DNA from: Parcubacteria group bacterium | Lineage (GTDB): Bacteria > Patescibacteriota > Microgenomatia > UBA1400 > PJMF01 | Assembly (NCBI GenBank): GCA_943350175.1 | Contig: CALQZX010000004.1 | Coordinates: 7,214-71,213 of the forward strand | Length of the DNA: 64,000 bases | Direction of reading: 5' to 3' | In this document: positions 48,101 to 58,572 of the stretch, piece after piece | Layout of the letters: every line of letters starts with the position of its first letter | Numbering within the stretch: the stretch's first letter is position 1 | Position numbers and translations under genes: made by a program | The notes under the pieces: generated by a model | What the model was told of the DNA's origin: nothing | The model's input: only the letters and a program-made list of their open reading frames with translations | Database searches by the model: none

Positions 48101-48161
48101 TTGTTCACTTGTTAAAAACAGATGCAATTTTATCAACTAATCAGACAAAATACCAGAGCTA

Positions 48162-48890
48162 TTAAACTCGCTCAATTTCTCCCACCACCGCCATGTGATC
48201 GCTAGTATTTGAGACAACTCTCACCTCTCCAGCACTGTAATGAGGAGTGGTAAAAAGAGCATCAACTATCAAACGAATGTCTTTGCCAGATTTATGTAAA
48301 TTTTTATCGATCGTCGTATCAATGTTTAAAGGAATATTATCAGTATATTTCTTGGCCAAATCATCCCAAATCTCAGCACCACGCTGAGTATTAAGGTCTC
48401 CGCAGATAATCAAATCATCAAATTTATTCAAGAACTCTTTCAAAAGAACATAATCTCTCTTCTGACCTTCGTTAACCATTGGGCCACCAGACCAAGTGAA
48501 GTGGACAGTGGCAACCTGGAAATCTCGCCCAGCAACCCTAGCCTTGACGACCAAGGCTACACGATCAGTTAAAGATGGATGATCGTTATCAAAAGTAGCT
48601 AAAACACCATTTTCATGGCCAAAATAATAAAAAGCTTCATGACTCACAATTTCTTTAGCAAAAACAGCCACCCCCCATGGACCTCTAAGGGGCAAGTGGT
48701 CATTGGGATTAATAATATTGGCTTGTGGATAAAAGAAGCAATTTTTAAGCCCAGAAGCTTCTTTAATCATCTCTAAATCACATTCGAAAATCTCTTGTAA
48801 AGCTAGCACATCTGGCTTTTCTGCCATCACAAATGGCAAAATACGCTCAAAATGTTTATTACCTTCAATGTTAATTGAGATAAATTTCAT
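48162..48890 (-). CDS. Endonuclease/exonuclease/phosphatase (EEP) family protein
   Basis: SINI, PDVLALQE, TVH, CGDLN, VD, SDH. Confidence 0.9.
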   Translation of the reverse strand: MKFISINIEGNKHFERILPFVMAEKPDVLALQEIFECDLEMIKEASGLKNCFFYPQANIINPNDHLPLRGPWGVAVFAKEIVSHEAFYYFGHENGVLATFDNDHPSLTDRVALVVKARVAGRDFQVATVHFTWSGGPMVNEGQKRDYVLLKEFLNKFDDLIICGDLNTQRGAEIWDDLAKKYTDNIPLNIDTTIDKNLHKSGKDIRLIVDALFTTPHYSAGEVRVVSNTSDHMAVVGEIERV

Positions 48891-48902
48891 AGGCAGAGGA
48901 AA

Positions 48903-50054
48903 TTATTCCAAGAAATCTTGTAATTTCTTACGTTTGCTTGGATGCTTGAGCTTACGTAGAGCCTTAGCTTCAATCTGACGAATACGCTCACGAGTGACAC
49001 CAAATTCTTTACCAACTTCTTCCAAAGTCATAGTTCTGTTGCCAGCTAGACCAAAACGCATGCGCAAAACTTTGGCTTCACGATCAGATAAAGCTTTCAA
49101 AACTTCTTCGACATTCTCAGACAGCATTTGTTTACTGGTGGTGTCATAAGGACTGTCTTGCTTATCGTCAGCAATAAAATCTCCAAGGGTACTGTCATCT
49201 TCACCGTCACCAACTGGAGTTTCCAGAGAAGTGGTATTTTGAGAAATCTTGAGAATCTCGCGGACCTTTTCCGGCTCCAATTCCATCTTTTCACCAATCT
49301 CTTCTGGGGTAGGTTCACGGCCCAAATCTTGCATCAGACGGCGTGAGGTACGCATTAATTTATTAATGGTTTCAACCATGTGAACAGGAATACGAATGGT
49401 ACGAGCCTGATCAGCAATGGAACGAGTAATAGCTTGGCGAATCCACCAGGTAGCGTAAGTGGAAAATTTGAAACCTTTGGTCCAATCATATTTCTCCACA
49501 GCGCGAATCAAACCTTTGTTACCTTCTTGAATCAAATCTAGGAAAGTCATGCCGCGACCAATGTATTTCTTGGCGATGGAAACGACTAAACGCAAGTTGG
49601 CATCGATGAGGCCTTTTTTGGCTTTATCACTACCAGACTCAACTTCTTGAGCAAGACGAATTTCTTCCTCTCTATTTAGCAAAGGTATACGACCGATTTC
49701 TTTGAGGTACATTCTGACAGGATCAGAAACACCCACACTACCAAGATTGGCTAGAACATCCAATTCTTGCTTGAGCACATCTTCATCACCAGCAGTTTCA
49801 TCTTTGGAAACTGATTCGAAAATATCAATGCTTTTCTTGAAAAAACGATCGTACAGATCATCAAGTTCCTCGACGTAAATTTCTGGTTCCACAAAAACAT
49901 CCAAGATCTCATCTTGAGTGACATAGCCACGAGAGCTAGCAACTTTGAAGAGTTGTTTGATGTCTTCTATTAGAGATTTAGGAATTTTTTTGACTTTTTC
50001 TGCTTTTTCTACTGGGGTTTTTTCTACTGACTTGTCGGGGGTTTTATCGGTCAT
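48903..50054 (-). CDS. rpoD: Primary sigma-70 factor
   Basis: [58 protein letters not shown]. Confidence 0.97.
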   Translation of the reverse strand: MTDKTPDKSVEKTPVEKAEKVKKIPKSLIEDIKQLFKVASSRGYVTQDEILDVFVEPEIYVEELDDLYDRFFKKSIDIFESVSKDETAGDEDVLKQELDVLANLGSVGVSDPVRMYLKEIGRIPLLNREEEIRLAQEVESGSDKAKKGLIDANLRLVVSIAKKYIGRGMTFLDLIQEGNKGLIRAVEKYDWTKGFKFSTYATWWIRQAITRSIADQARTIRIPVHMVETINKLMRTSRRLMQDLGREPTPEEIGEKMELEPEKVREILKISQNTTSLETPVGDGEDDSTLGDFIADDKQDSPYDTTSKQMLSENVEEVLKALSDREAKVLRMRFGLAGNRTMTLEEVGKEFGVTRERIRQIEAKALRKLKHPSKRKKLQDFLE

Positions 50055-50058
50055 AAGA

Positions 50059-50223
50059 TTAGATTCGTAGCGAAATAAAAATGAGTTAATTAATAATAGA
50101 TTTTACGATATTTTAGTCTTTTCTGATGACGATAGTAGCTTAGTCTACTTGAGGAAGAAGAAAAGAAATAAAATACGTAAAAGATAAATTAAGAAACCGT
50201 TTTTTATTTCGCTACGAATCTAA
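50059..50223 (-). promoter_or_regulatory. 165-nt hairpin spanning the predicted rpoD 5' leader
   Basis: Perfect 23-bp inverted repeat 50059-81/50201-23 with further nested pairing inside. Confidence 0.75.
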
Positions 50224-50246
50224 GTGTATAATTATACACTTAGATT
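50217..50246. promoter_or_regulatory. 30-bp perfect palindrome with TATAAT on both strands (likely rpoD promoter)
   Basis: AATCTAAGTGTATAATTATACACTTAGATT; TTGCTT 16 bp upstream on the - strand. Confidence 0.75.
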
Positions 50247-50316
50247 GCCAAAAAGCAACAACTAAAGGAGGAAAACCCACTTGCAAAAAGCTTGACAAAA
50301 AAATGAAATAAAAAAA

Positions 50317-51093
50317 TTAGAACAAAGGCCACTCTAAAGTTGGAGTAAGAAAAACTGGTTTTCTGGCTTGAACAACAACCATGTATTCGAACATCGCTGC
50401 TTTGGCACCTGAAGTGGACTTGATGGTCCAGCCATCTTCTTCCATGTAAACACCATCGTCCTCTGAAGCAATTACTTGGGCTTCTACGCACAAAACTTCA
50501 CCTCTTCTTAGAGTCAGGCCATTGCGAATTTTTCCCCAAGCTGGAATCTGTGGTTCATCATGCATGGTAAAACCAATGCCATGGCCAACAAATTCTTTGA
50601 CTGTGCTGAAACCTGCTTTTTCTGCCACGCTGGCCATAGTAAAACCAAGATCTCCCACTTGATTGCCAATAATTGCTTTGCGAGCCGCTTCTTGAACACT
50701 GCGGCGAGCAACTTTCATCAAACGCAAATCTTCTTCGCTTGGTTGGCCAATCGATTTGGTAAAACAGTGATCAGTGTAGAAACCGTCTTCGATAATGCCA
50801 AAGTCAACTTTAACCATGTCACCCTGAACCAGGGGAATATCTGTTGGAATGCCGTGCACTACGCCATCATTAACCCCGATACAAGTTGTGTAACGATAAG
50901 GATTTTTTCTGGAACCAACGCCTTTGAAAGCTGGAATAACGTTATTCTTTTGACAAAGTTTCTCTGCTAATTTATCGATTTCAATAGGGGTCGCTCCTTC
51001 AACAGTGGCCTGCCAAAGTTGCCATAGAATATCAGTCGATTTCTTACCGATTTCTTGGTATCTAGCTAATTGATGGTCAGAGTTAATAATCAT
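50317..51093 (-). CDS. map: Type I methionine aminopeptidase
   Basis: VNDGVVHGIP, VDFG..DG..TD, GHGIG..MHDEP, E ligands. Confidence 0.9.
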   Translation of the reverse strand: MIINSDHQLARYQEIGKKSTDILWQLWQATVEGATPIEIDKLAEKLCQKNNVIPAFKGVGSRKNPYRYTTCIGVNDGVVHGIPTDIPLVQGDMVKVDFGIIEDGFYTDHCFTKSIGQPSEEDLRLMKVARRSVQEAARKAIIGNQVGDLGFTMASVAEKAGFSTVKEFVGHGIGFTMHDEPQIPAWGKIRNGLTLRRGEVLCVEAQVIASEDDGVYMEEDGWTIKSTSGAKAAMFEYMVVVQARKPVFLTPTLEWPLF

Positions 51094-51126
51094 AATCTAG
51101 ATCTGTATTTTAACACTTCAAATCAA

Positions 51127-52497
51127 TTAATTCTGATTGAACCTATAAACGTTACCATCGGTCAATTTTGTTAACTGCTCATTCACGAGATCAATTTTGA
51201 CCAAATAGCTTTTGCCATTATCATGGGTGGAACCAGTTTCATTGACACTAGTGACAAAAGTGCTTTCATCTAACCACCAGCCATAAATAGAGTAAGAGCT
51301 TGTTTTTGATTCTGGGGTCGCTCTTTTGATTTGGCCAGTTTTGAAATCATAATAGTGTAAGCTATCAATTGCTCTATTCTGACCATCTAGGTTTGATCTC
51401 ATATAGAGAAACTTACTCTCTTCTGGAGAAACTGAAGCAAATGGCTGAATATCAGCCCAACGACCGCTATCTAGAACTTTAGTTTCCTTGGTATTTAAAT
51501 TATATAAACCAAGCACTGACGAAGAAGCTTGGCCAGGAACATCACCGGTTTGACCCTCAATCTTTACTATGAAGTTTGATTTCAGAAATGGCGTGGCTCC
51601 ATAACCAAAAGTATCAGCTGGATGAACCATGGAAATTTGCTTGGTCATAAGATCCATTACTTTGAGACCATTCTTCTGATATTCCATGCTAATGAAATAA
51701 AGCTTTTTGTTCTCCAAATCCCACTTGGAAACAATTACGGATTCTCCGAGTGAGATGTTAGTTTTAGTGACAAAATCATAAAGATAATCGCCATTTGGCA
51801 GATTTGGTTCTGAACTTGGTTCGCAAGGACCAAAACCACCTTCAAATCCTGGCTCAATCGTCATTGGAGGACAGGCTTCAGAAAAGAAAACCCCATAAAC
51901 GAGCATTGAGCCGTCTGGAGCAATGTTACTTAGACTATTAATAGTTATCGATTCATTCACTTCTGGTTTTGGATGTTTAATCAATTCGTATTCTTTAGTT
52001 TCTCCATTCAAAATGTCTTTTATGTAAATAGTTCCACTCACATCAGCCTGCGAAGGAGCAGGATTTTTCGTGAAGAAAACTTTTGAGCTATTTGGGTATT
52101 TAAAAACTGAATAAAAATCTGGCAATTCAATTTGCTTTTTATCGCCATTTAGCGTCAGCAGCCAAGCTTGGAGATCATGAGACACATCTTTATTTGGATC
52201 CACGGTAAACAGAAATTCTGTTTCTATTTTCTGAGTAACCGGAGCAATGGGGGTCGCTGTTGAAGTTTCTGGATTTTCTGCCAATTCGGCTTGATCGCTG
52301 GTGATATTTTCAGAAACCACCGGAGTTTGTTTATTGAAAAAATAACCAAGAAAAAAAGCCAAAATAATCAGTAAAGCGGTTAAAAAGGGAAAAATAACTG
52401 GTTTCTTTGGTTTTATTTGTTCTGTTGTTGGAATCTGCGTTTCTTGAGTTTGTTCCACCGTCATCGGTTGTTGAGAGATATTTTCCATAATACCCAT
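51127..52497 (-). CDS. Membrane-anchored TolB-like beta-propeller protein
   Basis: Single TM, APDG, SPEE, WLD blade motifs. Confidence 0.6.
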   Translation of the reverse strand: MGIMENISQQPMTVEQTQETQIPTTEQIKPKKPVIFPFLTALLIILAFFLGYFFNKQTPVVSENITSDQAELAENPETSTATPIAPVTQKIETEFLFTVDPNKDVSHDLQAWLLTLNGDKKQIELPDFYSVFKYPNSSKVFFTKNPAPSQADVSGTIYIKDILNGETKEYELIKHPKPEVNESITINSLSNIAPDGSMLVYGVFFSEACPPMTIEPGFEGGFGPCEPSSEPNLPNGDYLYDFVTKTNISLGESVIVSKWDLENKKLYFISMEYQKNGLKVMDLMTKQISMVHPADTFGYGATPFLKSNFIVKIEGQTGDVPGQASSSVLGLYNLNTKETKVLDSGRWADIQPFASVSPEESKFLYMRSNLDGQNRAIDSLHYYDFKTGQIKRATPESKTSSYSIYGWWLDESTFVTSVNETGSTHDNGKSYLVKIDLVNEQLTKLTDGNVYRFNQN

Positions 52498-53705
52498 TAG
52501 ATCACAAACTGGCCATCCTGGTAAATCAGCACTTCTTTACCACTCTGTAAAACCGCCGTGACAGTTCGATCAGTGGTGGTCATCATGTCGGTGTGTTCAG
52601 CAGAATCGTTAAAACCCATGTCTTCCCATTCTTGCGGAGTAACTTTGCTTGGATCACCGCGGAAACAATCTTTGTAAGCCATACCAATGGCTAAGTGAGA
52701 ATTGCCATAACGACCGCCGATGTTTTCATCGAATAAAGTTTCTGCCATTACGTGAGTAATGCGTGACATACGCTTATCAGTCATAGAAAATTCACCGAAT
52801 TTATTAGCATCTTTGGTTTCCAACATGGTCTGCAAAAACTTATCACCTTGTGTAGCCTTGGCTTCGACGATGAGACCGTGCTCAACTCTCAAGTAAATTC
52901 CTTTAATAATGTTGCCATAGCGATAAAGTGGTTCATTAAACTTGATCCAGCCATCAACTTCTCTCCAATCTGGAGAAGTAAAGATTTCAAAGCTTGGTAT
53001 ATTGCGACCACTGCCGCCCTGCCAAATACGATTGGCACCAATTTTAACCTTCAAATCGACATCTTCACCTTTGACCAAAACGTACTCAATTTTCATGTCA
53101 TTGAGTTTATTTTTCACTTCTTCTTGAGTGGCCAAGATTTCTTTCCATTTGGCCACTGGATCAACCTCATCCAAGAAACAAGCATCGATGATTTGTTGCC
53201 AATAGTCTTTGAGGCTAAGTCCGACTTCTTTGGCCTTGGCTTCTACGCCCCAAAGAGCGACTGTCCAGGTAAATTTGCCGTGATTTTCTTTATCAACCAA
53301 CCAATCACGATAAGACTTCTGAGTGTTGCGAGCCAACATGATCTTGTGTGGATTAACTTCTGATAATTCGGAAGAGTCTGGCTCAGCAATGATACTTATT
53401 TGATGATCAAGTAATTCAGCTTTAGCTCTGGAAAATTCACGAGGGAAAAAGCTTAATTGCTCATCATTGGCTAGAGTATAAAAATCTTTATCAAAACCAG
53501 TTGGAATTAAGCGCATGATGGGATGAGCGCCAGCCTTAAGCAAAGTGTTTTGCAAAGCTAAAGCCATAGGCTTAGCCACATCTGGCACACTACACTGCAC
53601 GACTTCACCTTTTTTCACTCCTGCTCCAGAATTAAGAGCAAAGTTGACCAAGACGTGAGCGTACTTGTCGATAATATTTTGTGGGGGTTGATAGGAATCT
53701 GACAT
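52497..53705 (-). CDS. M29 aminopeptidase (AmpS/AmpT)
   Basis: NIPSFEIFTSP, FGE, LFDEN, HLAIG.AY, NDSAEHTD; start ATG 53705. Confidence 0.92.
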   Translation of the reverse strand: MSDSYQPPQNIIDKYAHVLVNFALNSGAGVKKGEVVQCSVPDVAKPMALALQNTLLKAGAHPIMRLIPTGFDKDFYTLANDEQLSFFPREFSRAKAELLDHQISIIAEPDSSELSEVNPHKIMLARNTQKSYRDWLVDKENHGKFTWTVALWGVEAKAKEVGLSLKDYWQQIIDACFLDEVDPVAKWKEILATQEEVKNKLNDMKIEYVLVKGEDVDLKVKIGANRIWQGGSGRNIPSFEIFTSPDWREVDGWIKFNEPLYRYGNIIKGIYLRVEHGLIVEAKATQGDKFLQTMLETKDANKFGEFSMTDKRMSRITHVMAETLFDENIGGRYGNSHLAIGMAYKDCFRGDPSKVTPQEWEDMGFNDSAEHTDMMTTTDRTVTAVLQSGKEVLIYQDGQFVI

Positions 53706-53764
53706 GGTTTTCAATTGTACTAAAGATTTGCTAAATTGTGATAAGATAATTTCAATAAAAAAAT

Positions 53765-54373
53765 ATGTCAATCAATTACTACACCCCAAGCAAAGAGTTA
53801 GAAATCGCAGAGAATATTTTTAAAACCAAAATAGATGGTCTTTTTTATTTGCGCTATAAAAAATTTATTGATGAGCGAGGTTTTTTCTCCCAAATTTTGG
53901 AGCCAGAAAGAATAAAGGCTGCCGGCATTAATCCCAACTTTCAAATCAAACAAATCAATTTGTCAGTTTCTAGAAGTAAAATTGCTAGAGGCATTCATAC
54001 TGAAGGCTGGAATAAATTAATCACAGTTATTCAGGGTCATGCTTTTTGTGCTTTAGCTGATGTTCGTAATGATTCCAAAACTTATAAAAATGTTGAATAT
54101 TTTGATTTCATCGCCGATCCGAATAATGAATGGGGTGAAAGTCTTTATATTAGCAAGAAAATTGGTAATTCCGTCTGCGCAGTTGAAGGCCCAATGCATT
54201 ATCTCTATGGCGTTGACATGCTCTATCATGAGAGAAATAAAGCTGACGATTTGGCTGTTTCCATTTTTGATCCAGACTTGAATATCCAATGGCCATTCGC
54301 CAAAGAAGAAATGATCATTTCACAAAGAGACATCGACAGCATCACTTTGAAGGAATTGTACGGAGAAAGCTAA
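53765..54373 (+). CDS. dTDP-4-dehydrorhamnose 3,5-epimerase-like cupin
   Basis: DERGFF, QINLS, RGIH, DVR..S, DPDLNIQWP, ISQRD. Confidence 0.85.
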   Translation: MSINYYTPSKELEIAENIFKTKIDGLFYLRYKKFIDERGFFSQILEPERIKAAGINPNFQIKQINLSVSRSKIARGIHTEGWNKLITVIQGHAFCALADVRNDSKTYKNVEYFDFIADPNNEWGESLYISKKIGNSVCAVEGPMHYLYGVDMLYHERNKADDLAVSIFDPDLNIQWPFAKEEMIISQRDIDSITLKELYGES

Positions 54374-57300
54374 GCGAGCGAATCTCTGCCATCACTTCTT
54401 TAATTAATTGTTTTAAGTCAGCGACTTCTTCTTCTGTAGTGATGTAGGCGTGAGCCACGTGCTGATCACTGCCTTTTTCCTTTGGTTCGATGAATTCGAA
54501 AACTGCCTCACTAACCTGCCAATTGGGATTAATTGTTCTGTCCAAATCTAAAAGAATTTTATAGAAAATTAACTGGCGCTTGTATGGACCACGAATTGTT
54601 TCTGGCAAAGCCAATTCTCTTTCTGAGAAATCTTTTTGATAAGTTTTACTAGCCGCCTCAATGCCACCGCGAGTTTTTGGTGTGCCAGTTTTGTAGTCAT
54701 AGACTTTCAATAAGCCGCGCTCTGCGTCGATCAGATCAATGCGATCTATTTTTCCAGAAAGTTGAATGTCACCTAAAAATGTTTTGCGACTGCCGCCAAA
54801 ACTGCGCTCTACATCAAAAACATTGACTGGTGTTATTAGGCGATCTTGATAATAGCTACTTAAAATCGTAGTGCCATATTTGAGTCGATCCTCCAAATCA
54901 CTCTTACTTAAAACTTCTTTTTGCAAGGCATTCTGGTATTCGGTCAACAAAAACCCTAAGTTTGGAACTTGCTTAGTTTGTTTCTCTAATTTATAGAATC
55001 TCTCCAAAGCAGCGTGAACGGCGGTTCCAAAAGACATAAAAGTCTGTTTAGCTCTTGGAATACGAAGTAAATTATTTTCCAAAAATTCCTGAGGGTCACG
55101 CAAATAAGTATTAAGCGCCGTCACTGATAATTGGAAATCTTTGACGATTGTTTCTAGAAACTCTCTTTCATTGTTGGCAAAAGAGCGAACTGGTTTTGGC
55201 GACATCAACTTGCTTAAATAAGTTTCTGTTTGATCGATGATTTTTTGATTCTTATCTTCATCTAAAAATGAAGTCTGTAGCTTCATCTCAATTTCCTTCA
55301 ATTCTTCCAAAAAGATTGAAGGAAACTTGTCACTGATTTGATTATTTTCAATAATTTTTTCTGGATAGCTGATATAAACTTGTTTCTTTGCACGAGTTAA
55401 AGCCACATAAAAAAGACGACGATCATCTTCATTGCGTTCTTTCTCTGATAAATCAGTATTTTTTATGATGCCTGATGGCAATTTAATTTTGCTATTGTCT
55501 CTTTGATTGCCCCACTTTTTATCCACCAAATTAATTAAGAAAACATGTTCCCACTCCATACCCTTAGCGCTGTGAACGGTGGACAGATAGACTGCGTCTT
55601 TATTAGCAATTAAATCTTTGCTTTGAATTTTGATTTTATGATCTTTATAAACTTCAATTTGAGACAGAAAATCATTCAGTTTTAATTGATGATTTTTATC
55701 TAACATCGCTTTGACTTCAGCGAATAAAGAATTAAGAATAGTAATTTGCTCAAAACTATCCGGTAAATTTTTTAAATAAGTTAGGAAAGAAAAACCCTCA
55801 TCTGAAATTAATTCTTCAAAGAAATGATTGAAAGTTAATAACTGATCTTTAGCAGCAAAATCTCTTAATTTATCTAGGAATGCAGTAATTGATGAAAATT
55901 GTTCTTCTGTGATTTCTTGGCCAACTAATTCTTGATTGATGAAGCTTAATCCTCTGGCAATTAGGTCATAAAGATCCAGCTTCAACTTGCCAGCCACTCT
56001 GCCTAATTTCATGACTACCAAAGAATCCAAATTTAACCAAGAGAAATTCATCACTCTGTATAAAAGATCGACTTCCTTGGCTTCCCTAATGTTAGAAATC
56101 AGCGTCATCAAACAAATTAGTTCGTCAATATATTCATTAAGCAGAACATCATTGCCTTTATTTAATTGATAGGGAATTTCCCATTTCTCCAAAGCTTGAA
56201 CAAGATCATTGGCATCAGAATGATTTCTGTACAAAACTGCCATTTGCGAAAAATCTGTTCCAGCTTTTTTAAGTTTGGTAATTTCTTCAGCCACTACCAC
56301 TGCTTCTAAAACTTGCGAAGGGGCTTTGAAAAATTTAATTTTTTCACCAAAACCTTTAGGGCTTTTTAGATTAGTGACTAACTGAATCTTTTTATCAACT
56401 CCACCAGCCTGAGACAGTTTATTGTAAGAAATTATTTGAGTGGCTAAATCATAAATATTTTGCGGACAACGATAGGCAGTGTCCAAAGTGATGACTGTGG
56501 CATTTGGATAGTTGCGAGTGAAGGCTAAAACATTTTCAATGCTAGCTCCTTGGAAACGATAGATAGCCTGATTTGGATCACCGACAGCGAAGAGATCAGC
56601 CATGCCCTCTTTTTCTTCCCAATAAGAAACCAAAAGATTGATGAGTTTATTCTGCGCAGAATTGGTATCTTGGTATTCATCGACCAGAAAATAATGTAAA
56701 TTCTCCTGATATTCACGAAGTAAAATTTCATTGGCAGAAAAAGCATCGACCACAAAATTAATCATGTCGTCATAATCGAAACGAACAGTTTCTCTCAAAC
56801 GATCCTGATAAGTTTGATAGAGTAAAAGTAAGTTTTTATTTTTTAAAAACTTTTTTTCAAAACTGGCGATTTTGGTTTTGTTTTTACTAGTTTCTTTGAA
56901 TTCTGCGAGTTCTTGCTCCTGCGCCGTCACCATATCCTCAAACTGCAACACAGAAATTCCTTCTCTTTTGAGATCAGAAATTGCCTTGATTATGTCGTTG
57001 ATATAAAAATATTGATCATTGAGTGGTCGCAAGTGTTCTGGCTTTAACTCATCCAACAAATTTTCAAAAAGTTGATAACGATCTAAATCATTTAAATGTT
57101 CACTTTCTCGCTGCAGAGGAAAACATTCTCCGTGATCAGCAATCACCTGGCGACAAAAAGAATGAAAAGTACTGATGTTAACGTAATAAGCATCTTTGCC
57201 AATGATTTTTAACAAACGCTCGCGCATATTTTTGGCGGCTGCTTCAGTGAAAGTTAGAGCTAAAATTGTATCTGGACGAGCATCAGTTTGTTGCAGAATA

Positions 57301-57440
57301 TTGGCAATACGAAGCGACAAAACTTGAGTTTTACCAGTTCCAGGACCAGCAATTAATAAAAGTGGACCTTGTTCGATATGATCAACAGCGGCTTGTTGTA
57401 GAGGATTGAGACTTTGATAAGCTAATTCAAAATTGGTCAT
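54342..57440 (-). CDS. UvrD/PcrA helicase fused to a C-terminal PD-(D/E)XK nuclease
   Basis: AGPGTGKT, LTFT, VDEYQD, GDPNQAIY, TVHSAKG, YVALTRAK; GKIDRID, DYKTG, QL..Y. Confidence 0.92.
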   Translation of the reverse strand: MTNFELAYQSLNPLQQAAVDHIEQGPLLLIAGPGTGKTQVLSLRIANILQQTDARPDTILALTFTEAAAKNMRERLLKIIGKDAYYVNISTFHSFCRQVIADHGECFPLQRESEHLNDLDRYQLFENLLDELKPEHLRPLNDQYFYINDIIKAISDLKREGISVLQFEDMVTAQEQELAEFKETSKNKTKIASFEKKFLKNKNLLLLYQTYQDRLRETVRFDYDDMINFVVDAFSANEILLREYQENLHYFLVDEYQDTNSAQNKLINLLVSYWEEKEGMADLFAVGDPNQAIYRFQGASIENVLAFTRNYPNATVITLDTAYRCPQNIYDLATQIISYNKLSQAGGVDKKIQLVTNLKSPKGFGEKIKFFKAPSQVLEAVVVAEEITKLKKAGTDFSQMAVLYRNHSDANDLVQALEKWEIPYQLNKGNDVLLNEYIDELICLMTLISNIREAKEVDLLYRVMNFSWLNLDSLVVMKLGRVAGKLKLDLYDLIARGLSFINQELVGQEITEEQFSSITAFLDKLRDFAAKDQLLTFNHFFEELISDEGFSFLTYLKNLPDSFEQITILNSLFAEVKAMLDKNHQLKLNDFLSQIEVYKDHKIKIQSKDLIANKDAVYLSTVHSAKGMEWEHVFLINLVDKKWGNQRDNSKIKLPSGIIKNTDLSEKERNEDDRRLFYVALTRAKKQVYISYPEKIIENNQISDKFPSIFLEELKEIEMKLQTSFLDEDKNQKIIDQTETYLSKLMSPKPVRSFANNEREFLETIVKDFQLSVTALNTYLRDPQEFLENNLLRIPRAKQTFMSFGTAVHAALERFYKLEKQTKQVPNLGFLLTEYQNALQKEVLSKSDLEDRLKYGTTILSSYYQDRLITPVNVFDVERSFGGSRKTFLGDIQLSGKIDRIDLIDAERGLLKVYDYKTGTPKTRGGIEAASKTYQKDFSERELALPETIRGPYKRQLIFYKILLDLDRTINPNWQVSEAVFEFIEPKEKGSDQHVAHAYITTEEEVADLKQLIKEVMAEIRSLSFLRTIPSK

Positions 57441-57464
57441 TATTATTCGCAATTAATATTCTAA

Positions 57465-58556
57465 TTAATCTATTAAGCTGTGACTTTTTAGAATTTGTTC
57501 GACTTCTAGCGAGCTATTACTACGAACTAATTCAGATCTAATTACAGCAGCTTGCTCTATGCCCTTAGTGTACCACGCCAGATGTTTACGCATTGGCAAA
57601 AATCTGTAACCTTCAGTTTCTGGATAAGTTTGCTCATATAACTTGGCATGTTCCAAAGCAACTTTAAAAATATTTTGCTCTTTAAAAAATCGCTCACGCT
57701 CTTGCTTTGGTAAAAAGACAAAAGGCTTGCCAAAACTTGACCTACCAATCAAAACACCATCGACACCATATTCCTCAACTTTTTGCTCAGCTTCTTCATA
57801 ATCAAGCACGTCACCATTGCCAAGAAAAACAACTGAAGGATCTTCTTTTTTAAGCATTGCTGCGGCTCGCCCGATTACCGACCAGTCGGCTTTGCCAGAA
57901 TAACCTTGCTTGAGAGTACGCCCATGTAAAGAAATAGCGGCGAGCCGCATTTCAATTAAATGAGGTAGCCATGTTTCAATTTCTTCATTGTGATAGCCAA
58001 TTCTTGTTTTCACTGATACGGTAGGCAATTTTCTGCGATCGGCATCAACCAAGGAAAACTTCTTTTTTTTCTCTGCCACGCCAGCCACCATCAAGTCTGA
58101 AATATCTGGACAATCTTCCAACTTCAAACCCTCCGACCATTCTCTGATGCCATCTTGAACTGCCTTGATTATTTCTCTCGCCAATTCTGGATTTTTGATA
58201 ATAGCTGCACCAGAACCATGATTGGCTACTGTTGGCGCTGGACAGCCCATATTGATATCTACGCCATTAACACCTAGCTCACAAAGCAAAACAGCGGCTT
58301 GCTTGAAAAAATTTGGGGTCTTACCATAAATTTGTGCCACAAAGGGGCGCTGTGCTTCATTAAAATCAAAATGGTCTAAAATTCTGGCAGAACTACTACG
58401 ACAAATTCCTTCGACATTGGCAAATTCAGTAAAAATTATATCCATTTTGCCGTATTTTTTATTAATAGCACGAAAAGGAAAATCACTCACCCCATCCATC
58501 GGTGACAAAGCCAAAATCATTTTCTTTTCTGCTCGTATTTCTTGCCAAAAATTCAT
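57465..58556 (-). CDS. dus: tRNA-dihydrouridine synthase
   Basis: LSPMDG, DINMGCP, GSGA, VKTRIG, HGRT, GNGD, IGR, RKH. Confidence 0.93.
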   Translation of the reverse strand: MNFWQEIRAEKKMILALSPMDGVSDFPFRAINKKYGKMDIIFTEFANVEGICRSSSARILDHFDFNEAQRPFVAQIYGKTPNFFKQAAVLLCELGVNGVDINMGCPAPTVANHGSGAAIIKNPELAREIIKAVQDGIREWSEGLKLEDCPDISDLMVAGVAEKKKKFSLVDADRRKLPTVSVKTRIGYHNEEIETWLPHLIEMRLAAISLHGRTLKQGYSGKADWSVIGRAAAMLKKEDPSVVFLGNGDVLDYEEAEQKVEEYGVDGVLIGRSSFGKPFVFLPKQERERFFKEQNIFKVALEHAKLYEQTYPETEGYRFLPMRKHLAWYTKGIEQAAVIRSELVRSNSSLEVEQILKSHSLID

Positions 58557-58572
58557 TGATTGCCATTATACC

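Noticed and set aside
50240-50970. Short ORFs overlapping map
   Set aside because: Alternative-frame or antisense shadows with no motifs; the same applies to the other nested 60-170-aa ORFs in the track.
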